From the human T2T-CHM13v2.0 reference genome, Homo sapiens: a stretch of 64,000 nt of DNA. Positions within the stretch are counted from its first letter, which is position 1; each line of letters starts with the position of its first letter. A program made the translations under genes and the position numbers. The stretch lies in assembly GCF_009914755.1 (NCBI RefSeq), contig NC_060934.1; one strand, written 5' to 3'. A model generated the notes under the pieces. That model ran no database searches, was not told the origin of the DNA, and saw only the letters and a program-made list of their open reading frames with translations. Of this stretch, positions 50,351-64,000 are shown one piece after another.

Positions 50351-51129
50351 ACAGTTGGCCAGGCATGGTGGCTCATGCTTGTAATCCCAGCAATTTGGGA
50401 AGCCAAGGTGGGAGGATTGCTTGAGCCTAGGTGTTTCTTGTTGTTGTTGTTGTTGTTGTTTTGAGACGGAGTTTCACTCTTGTTGCCCAGGCTGGAGTTC
50501 AGTGGCGTGATCTCGGCTCAAAGCAACCTACACCTCTTGGGTTCAAGTGGTTCTCCTGCCTCAGCCTCCTGAGCTCAGGAGTTTGAGACTAGCCTGGGCA
50601 ACGTGGTGAAACCCCGTATTTACTAAAAATACAAAAATTAACTGAGCTTGGTGGCTTGCACCTGTAGTTCCAGCTACTCAAGAGGCTGAGGCAGGAGAAT
50701 CTCTTGAATCCGGGAGGCGGTTACAGTGAGCTGAGATCGCACCATTGCACTCCAGCCTGGGTGACAGAGTGAGACTCCATCTCAAAAAAAATAAATAAAT
50801 AAAATTTTAAAATCTGGCTGATTAAATACCAGTTTCCCCTGAGTAGACGATTTGGGGTGTTTCTTCTGGTTTTCCTTCTCTACATCTGTTGCATTTTCAA
50901 TTTTTTTCTGTAGTGAGACTTTAATAAAATCAAAGAAATTTCAAATTATAATGAAAAACACAAAGGCTAACCTTAGGATTAAAGAACTGAGTGATCAACA
51001 TCATGTACATTATGAAATCCATTCCCTATATCTAAAAGTTCTGTTTAAACCTGAGCCTTGAGGGAGAAAAAGGGTCTTGGGAACAGGAGTATGGGCTCTA
51101 AACTGAGATAGTTATATGTTTGTCTTTTT

Positions 51130-52560
<1,431 letters not shown>

Positions 52561-53379
52561 AATATATGAAAGGTTGAAATAGGACTGTTGGATAGAAGGG
52601 AGGAGGAAACAGCCTACTACATACTGTTTCGAGGTAGTTAGTTTCCTGTTGCTTTGGATACTTGGCAAAGGTTGAGGAATCACTTAATAGAGTTAACAGA
52701 GTCCACCCCTGGCATCAGTAGATGGACTCGATGCCCTTGAAGGTCTCTTCTACCTTTGAGATCCTCTCAACGGCTTAAGCAGAAAACACAGATGGCCACT
52801 TCATAACTTACTTAACTACTAAGCTTGCATAGTCAGGGTTAGCCTCTGGTGTATCTGTCACATAATTAGTAAAATCCAGCAACACCACCAGGCAGCGGGT
52901 AAAGTGTGTAGAAATTCAGTGTACATCGAAACAGACCATCCCTGATGATTCCACCACACTCATTTAGCTGAGGTCTCACTTGCAAGACTCAATATACTGA
53001 TGCCTAAGTAGCTCAAAGCGACTTTTCCTTGGCATGTACAAAGAAGATTATTTCATTTTCTGGTGTTGTTTTCTAGTAACAGCTACACTGCTGTGTGATG
53101 TGTTGTCTGCTGCCACCCCAAATCCTTTTCCAGCACTTTTTCCTTTGAATTTCAGCCTTGGATTATTCTCCCCCAGACATTTCCATATTTTTCAGCTGAC
53201 TTGTGTACATGTTTCCTGCCTCCCCCATTTGTGAAATATTTTCATGAAGCAATATAATATAATAGTTTTAACACACATATTTTCTTTTTTCTTTCTTTCT
53301 TTCTTTTCTTTTTTTTTTGAAATGGAGTCTCGATCTGTTGCCCAGGCTGGAGTGCAGTGTCGCAATCTCGGCCCACTGA

Positions 53380-54147
<768 letters not shown>

Positions 54148-54996
54148 TAGCCAGGGTGGTCTCGATCTCCTGACCTCGTGATCTGCCCGCCTCGGCCTCC
54201 CAAAGTGCTGGGATTACAGGCGTGAGCCAGTGCGCCCGGCTTCTTTTTCTTACTGTATGTTCTCTTACAACATCAGTTAAATTTTCTTCCCTTTTAGTAG
54301 CCTGTAGTTATTGGTCTCATTTATTATTGGCCCAACACTTGGATTTTACTCATTTTCACTTAATTGTTAAATTTAGAAGGTCTTAGGTTTTATTTGAATT
54401 TCTACTAGCCAAGTTTGCCCGCTCCTGGCAAGGGTCCTTTGTTGACTGTATTTGATCCAGTATCTAGTCCCTATGATTGCACTGTCTCAAGCCGATTTGT
54501 TTGAATCAGTTTTGCAAAGAAAATGCCAAGAAGCCTTGTAGAAATTGCTTTATTATTAATATTCAGATGTAGAATGCCTGCCAAGGCTTCATCACACAGG
54601 AGCCTTGGGGTCTCAAAAGTCCCATTAGTTTTTGCTGCTGTCATCTCATTTGTTAGCAGGCATCAAAGTCGCTTAAAAGCGGGTCACAAAAGGCTACTTG
54701 GCAACGTTCCACAGAGGTGTAGATTAAAGATATTTTAGGGTCAGGATGTAACTTTAACAGAAAACCTTCAGTGTTCACATATCAGGAAATCACATGGTTT
54801 TCTGGTGTTATTTTTACCTATTTTCATAAAAAGCCTTACACTCAGCTGTGTTGGTCTTTGCAACCTTCCTTAATTGTATGATTTTAAGATTCATTGTTGT
54901 TTTTAGTTGTGTAACACCAATCTTTTTGGACCTCTGGAATTCATACTATTGAAGTAATGCAGTCCCAGATTTGAATTTATCTGTTTATAACTGTTA

Positions 54997-55158
<162 letters not shown>

Positions 55159-55538
55159 CTACATGCCTGCAGTCCCATCTACTCAGAAGGCTGAGGGGGG
55201 AGAATCACTTCAGCCCACAAGTTCCAGAGTGAGGTGAACCGAGATGGTGCCACTGCACTCCAGCCTGGGCAACAGAGTAAGAACGAGACCCTATCTCAAA
55301 AAAAAAAAAAAAAAAAGAAAAGAAAAAGAAAAAGAAAAGAAAAGAAATACTTAAAGGGGGAGGGAAAATACGGTGTCCTTTTCTGTATGGTTGTACTGAC
55401 TTCTAATGTCTTTTAAAAATGTTTTCTTTTTTACTTTGTCTCTCTCTTTTTCTCTTTACTCGTTTTTTTATTTTTTGTTTTGTTTTGTTTTGTTTTGTTT
55501 GGACACAAGGTCTCATTCTGTTTCCCAGGCTGGAGTAA

Positions 55539-55972
<434 letters not shown>

Positions 55973-56311
55973 TAGTCAGGCTGGTCTCGAACTCCTGACC
56001 TCAAGTGATCTGCCCTCAGACTCCCAAAGTGCTGGGATTACAGATGCAAGCTACTATGACTGGCCCCTTGTTATTTTATTATTTATTTATTTATTTTGAG
56101 ATATTCTCATTCTATCGCCGAGGTTTAAACTTTAGGTTGTGAAATATTCATGCAAGTCTGTCTTTAAGACATTTGTACAGTTAAGAATTATTAGAAAAAG
56201 AACACTTGGATGGGCGTATTGGCTCATGCCTGTAATCCCAACACTTTGGGAGGCCGAGGCGGTGGATCACCTGAGGTAAGAAGTTCGAGACCAGCCTGGC
56301 CAACATTGTGA

Positions 56312-56407
<96 letters not shown>

Positions 56408-56542
56408 TGAGGTCAGGAGTTCAAGACCAGCCTGGCCAACACGGTAAAACCCCGTCTCTACTAATAAAATACAAAAATGAGCCAGGTGTGGTGGTCCGTG
56501 CCTGTAATCCTAGCTACTCAGGAGGCTGAGACAGGAGAATCA

Positions 56543-57201
<659 letters not shown>

Positions 57202-57400
57202 TTATTATTATTATTACTATTATTATTTTTGGGGGGGACAGAGTCTTACTCTGTTGCTCAGGCTGGAGTGCAGTGGCGTGATCTCGGCTCACTTGGCTGG
57301 GATTATAGGCACCCACCAACACGCCCAGCTAATTTTTTGTATTTTTAGTAGAGATGGGTTTCGCCATGTTGGCCAGGCTGGTCTCCAACTCCTGATGTTA

Positions 57401-57532
<132 letters not shown>

Positions 57533-58119
57533 TCAAGAAAACAAGTGTTTTTCTCTGAGTGAATGACTAGAAGGTGTCGTCGTTAAGTTTAAATCTCTTA
57601 ATAAGAGTTTTCTACATGATTATGCCAGTATTACAATTCCTTTACATTATCAAAGTTCATCCTTAGATTTCTCCAGTTGTTTCCCAAATAAAACAATTTT
57701 GAGCCTGGGGGACAAGCACCAAGATCTGTCCTTGAAGTCCAGGAAGGGATAGCATTGCAATCAAATCAGTAAGTACAATCAATGGATTTGATAGAGAGCT
57801 GTGTAGGGATAGTAAAGGGAGGGGTGCTTAGTTTTATCTAACTGAAGCTGGTGAAGAAATGTGTAGTTTACTGTCACCTTTGTCCAGTTCTTAGAGATGA
57901 ATGGGTGATTTTGGGGCTGCTGGACAGGGGAAGGATCGAATAACAAGGGCTTTCTAGGACTTGAAGCAAGGCTGCTTGAAATAGCATTTGGCAAGGCTCC
58001 AGACCTAAGGAAATCATGCAGAGGCTGTGGTTTTCTAAAACCCCTCCTAGGTGATGTTGATGTTTAGCAGGTGCAGAATGCAGCCTGAAGGAATGAGAGT
58101 TTCATATTAGAAGGAGCCC

Positions 58120-58750
<631 letters not shown>

Positions 58751-58759
58751 TATTTTTAA

Positions 58760-59035
<276 letters not shown>

Positions 59036-61260
59036 TGAGCCACTGCACCCAGCCAAAAGTATATTATTAATATTAATTTCATCTGGTTCTGTTGGTCAGT
59101 GCTTACCTAAAACAATATGAACGATTGGAAGTGCTACATACTTAAAGTCACCCTCAATTCTGAGACTAATCCTGTAAGGGTGTGAGTTGATAGAAGATTA
59201 GGTTCTGAAAATATTTGTCAGAACAACCACTAGAGTGTAATCTCCATAAATCTGGTATCTTTTTTTATTTTCTTAACCATTTCTAGAGCATGTTTTAGGT
59301 ACTCTATATTTGTTGAGTGAAGACAGTGAGGCAGAAGGAGTATGAGTAGAGGACACGGGCTGGATGGAAGAGGTGCTAAGTAGATCGACTCTGCTGAACT
59401 TGGTGGCTGAATTTGGGTCTTGAACATAGGGGTATTTTGAGAGGAGCCTTGGGTTATTATTAAGTGGGTACTGGGATTAAAGCAGGTATGGGGAAGAGGT
59501 TACTCATAACTTTTAGACATGGTTGAGTTTTGTTGTTGTTGTTGTTTTGACACGGAGTGTCGCTCTGTTGCCCAGGCTGGGGGGCAGTGGTGCTATTTTG
59601 GCTCACTGCAACCTCTGCCTCCCATGTTCAAGATATTCTCCTGCCTCAGCCTCCTCCTGAGTAGCTAGGATTTTAGGCACCTGCCACCACGCCCAGCTCA
59701 TTTTTGTATTATTAGTAGAGATGGGGTTTCACCATGTTGGCCAGGTTGGTCTCAAACTGCTGACGTCAGGTGGTCTGTTTGCCTCGGCCTCCCAAAGCGC
59801 TGGGATTACAGGCATCAGCCACTGTGCCTGGCCTAGACGTGGTTGACTTTTGTCTGGTGAAGATATCCAGTTGGTGGTTGACTGAGTTTGGAATTCAGGA
59901 GAAAGATCTTGTCTTGATAGGGGAGTTATCAGCAAATAAGTGTAGGTTGATGCCAAGTATGTGGACAAGTGGAGAGATTGGACAGAGGGCATAGGGGAAC
60001 ACCATCATTTATAGGTGGACGTGGGAGCCAGCAAAGGTAAGTGAAATAAAGAGTGGAGAATTGAAGTGACGACGATCCTAAAGAAGTGAGTAATACTATC
60101 AAAATATATTCTAGTCAGGTGCGGGGGCACTCAGCCTTTTATCCCAATACTTTGGGAGGCTGAGGCAGGAGGATCCCTAGAGCCCAGGAGTTTGAGACCA
60201 GCGTGGGCAACATAATGAGACCTTGTCTCTACAAAAAATTTTAAAATTAGCCAGGCATGATGGTGTGTGCCTGTATTCCCAGCTACTTGGGAGGCTGAGG
60301 CAGGAGGAGACTCGAACCCAGGAATTCAAAGGTGCAGTGAGTTGTGATTCTGCCACTGAATTCCAGCCTAGGCAATAGTGCCAAACTTTGTCACAAAAAA
60401 CAAAACAAAACAAAAGAAATATATTAAAAACAAAGATGATTCTGGCATTCCATTGAATTTGGCAGTGGGGACTACGTTGGTGAATAGTTTCAACATAGTG
60501 GTGGGAACAAAAACCTAATTGTAGTAGATCGAAGAGTGCATGTTAGACAGACAGTGATTGCAGACAATTATTTGGAGGACTTTGGTTGTAAAATGGTGCA
60601 ATGTGGTAGGGTATTAGCTAACTATCCCCAGAATATTTTGTTTTCTTTCTTCTTTTTTTTTTTTTTTTTTTTTGTATTTTTAGTAGAGCTGGGTTTTGCC
60701 ATGTTAGACAGGATGATCTCCATCTCCTTATCCGCCCACTTCAGCCTCCCAAAAGTGCTGGGATTACAGGCGTGAGCCACCACCCAGGTTTTGTTTTCTT
60801 AAGATAGGAAAGACCTGCTTGTTATTGCCTATGGGGAAAGAGCCAGCAGGGGACGATTTACAGATCTCCAAACTTTGGCTCCAGAAAGCTGATTTTTCTC
60901 TTAGGAATGTGTAAACACGTCTGTGCATATTACCACCAGCTAAGTGCTTGATGGTAAATAAATACTCGGTATTCTTGCAGCTTATGTTCTTAGAAAGCTG
61001 AGACGTAAATAGACATTACTTTTTTCTTTAAGGGGTAACATTTGAGGAACTGACTAGAGACCCAAGACCACAGGGGCAATAGTGAAAGAACTAAAAGCCT
61101 AAACGTTGATTGGTGGCTTGTCGGATCATGAATTAACTAGTTATCTGATGGCCTTCTGCTTGGAGTTAGGCAAGGTCCCTGAAAGCTATCTTTGATCATG
61201 AGGGAGCATTCCACGAAAGATGACTTGATATTGGCTAAACCCTAGTAGAAAACAGGATCT

Positions 61261-62074
<814 letters not shown>

Positions 62075-62163
62075 GAAAACAAAATTGTCTTAAGAAAACC
62101 AGATTTGTCATAGGAAGAATCTCCTGAACTCTTAAGGAGCATTTAAATGGTATTTGAATTTTA

Positions 62164-62394
<231 letters not shown>

Positions 62395-62774
62395 TCATCT
62401 CAAAAAAAACAAAAACAAAAAAACAAAGTGTTGTTGAAGTCTGCCTTCTATATTGAGCCTTTACAGTATGAGTGAACATAAACCTTATTTGTAAAACTAG
62501 TGTGATTTAATCTTGTCTGATTAATCTATATTTGTATGGTCTTTTAATTTGTTTTTTTAAAAATTAATATGGAAATTTATACTGGGTTTTTTTTTTATTG
62601 TCTTGTTTTGTTTTTTGAGAGACAGTCTTCCTCTGTCACCCAGGCTGGAGTACAGTGGTGTGACCACGGTTCACTGCAAACTCTGCCTCCCAGACTCCAG
62701 TGATCCCTTCCACTTTAGCCTCCTGAGTAGCTGGGACGGCAGGCATGCATCACCATGCCTGGCTAATTTTTGTA

Positions 62775-62819
62775 TTAGGTTGGTGCAAAAGTAACTGCGG
62801 TTTTTGCCATTACTTGTAA
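62775..62819 (+). mobile_element. Half MADE1 / solo Hsmar1 mariner TIR inserted in an antisense Alu
   Basis: TTAGGTTGGTGCAAAAGTAACTGCGGTTTTTGCCATTACTTGTAA matches the MADE1 37-bp TIR plus spacer; flanked by TA (62773-62774 and 62820-62821). Confidence 0.9.
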
Positions 62820-63789
62820 TATTTTTTGTAGAGATAGGGTTTCACCATATTGAAGGTGAAACCCCACGCTGGTCCTGACCTCAAGTGATCTGCTCACCTT
62901 GGCCTTCCAAAGTGCTGGGATTGCAGGCATGAGCCACGGTGCCCAGCCCTGGGGTATTTTTTAATGCTAATAAGTTTTCACTGGCTCTTAGTCTCCCAGT
63001 TATATGAAAGTATAAAATATGATGAAAAAGGTAAAAATATAGAACATATCAGGATTATAGAGAAATGAGGAGGGTTTGTAGTCCAAGGAATATTTGGAGG
63101 GAAAATGGACCATGACCTTTGACCACATCCTCAAGGAATGGATTATTTTTGTGAGAAACAGTCTCACTCTCAGCTCACTGCAGCTTTGACCAGCTGGGCT
63201 CAAGCGATTCTCCTGCCTCAGCCTCTTGAGCAGCTAGGACTTCAGGCACGCACCACTACACCTGGCTGATTTTTAAATTTTTTGTAGATACGGGGTTTCA
63301 CCATGTTGCCTAGACTGTTCTTGATCTCCTGGACTCAAGCAATCCTCTTGTCTAGGCCTCCCAAGGTGCTGGCTGGCATTACAGGCATGAGCCACCGCAA
63401 CTAGCTAAGGATTGGATTCTAAATTGAGTTCTAAATTTACCCATTTTCCCTAGCAGCTTGCTCTGAACTCAGTGTGTACTGTAAATATTGATTTTGGACA
63501 TAAGATGGTAATATTTTGAAGAGCAATGCTATACTCCTACAACTCACAGTTAACATCCTTTGACACACAAATGAATAAAACAGGCCAGTGGATTTGGAAA
63601 TTTGATAATCCGTACAATCTAAGAAAGTAAACTACCAAAAGAAGTAACTTAAATTCATTGTAACTTTAATTCAGTGCATCTTAGTTAGCATTAGTATCCA
63701 GTGGAATTCATTGTGAATGTTAACACTTACTATTTGCTACTGAATTGTTAATTTTAAAACAGTGCCTGGGGGTTAGACACTAGGACCTT

Positions 63790-63975
63790 GTTGTTAGACC
63801 TCTGGTTTGAGGCCTGGTTCTTGATACTGATCTGAATAAGAAATGTTCAGTGAGTGGAAATACTAATATTACTTAGTGGGAGATGCAAATGAGAGAATTC
63901 CTATGAAGTACTGTTCATAATGATACCTGGCAAGTAGTAAATTCTCAGTACATAATAATAGGTATTCATAAATGT
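63790..63975 (+). mobile_element. MIR-like element
   Basis: AGACCTCTGGTTTGAGGCCTGGTTCTTG...GATACCTGGCAAGTAGTAAATTCTCAGTACAT. Confidence 0.5.
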
Positions 63976-64000
63976 TCTTTTTTGTTTGTTTGTTTGTTTT

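Noticed and set aside
52885-52900. CTCF-like CCACCAGGCAGCG
   Set aside because: Mismatches at core G positions; cannot be supported without ChIP data.
62787-62810. miR-548-family gene
   Set aside because: Only one MADE1 arm is present, so no precursor hairpin can form.

Overview
Human (primate) genomic DNA, + strand, covering part of TET1 (methylcytosine dioxygenase). The window holds the end of intron 1, the 2,036-nt exon 2 (1442-3477; ATG at 1564; codons 1-638, including the CXXC zinc finger), the 26.7-kb intron 2, the 54-nt exon 3 (30203-30256, VIKENKRPQREKKPKVLK, missed by the ORF track), and the first ~34 kb of intron 3. Roughly half of the intronic DNA is Alu, with older L1M, L2, MIR and DNA-transposon fragments; the Alu-derived ORFs in the track are not genes. 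An Alu-free, GC/CpG-enriched island just before exon 3 fits the known internal promoter of the short CXXC-less TET1 isoform. Intron 3 carries a young, sense-strand COX20 retrocopy with an intact 118-aa ORF, nested in an AluY tail, and a half-MADE1 (Hsmar1 TIR) inside an Alu. The most interesting inferences are: (i) exon 2 could yield a CXXC-only, catalytically dead TET1 by back-splicing (unique tail TKTLCD*) or by intronic read-through/polyadenylation, mirroring the TET2/IDAX split; (ii) an overlapping uORF that can be removed by a second, strong splice acceptor 2 nt before the ATG; (iii) a cryptic 30-nt/10-aa tandem repeat in the TET1 N-terminus; (iv) a dense GATA-motif cluster and a perfect 18-bp inverted repeat in unique intronic DNA.
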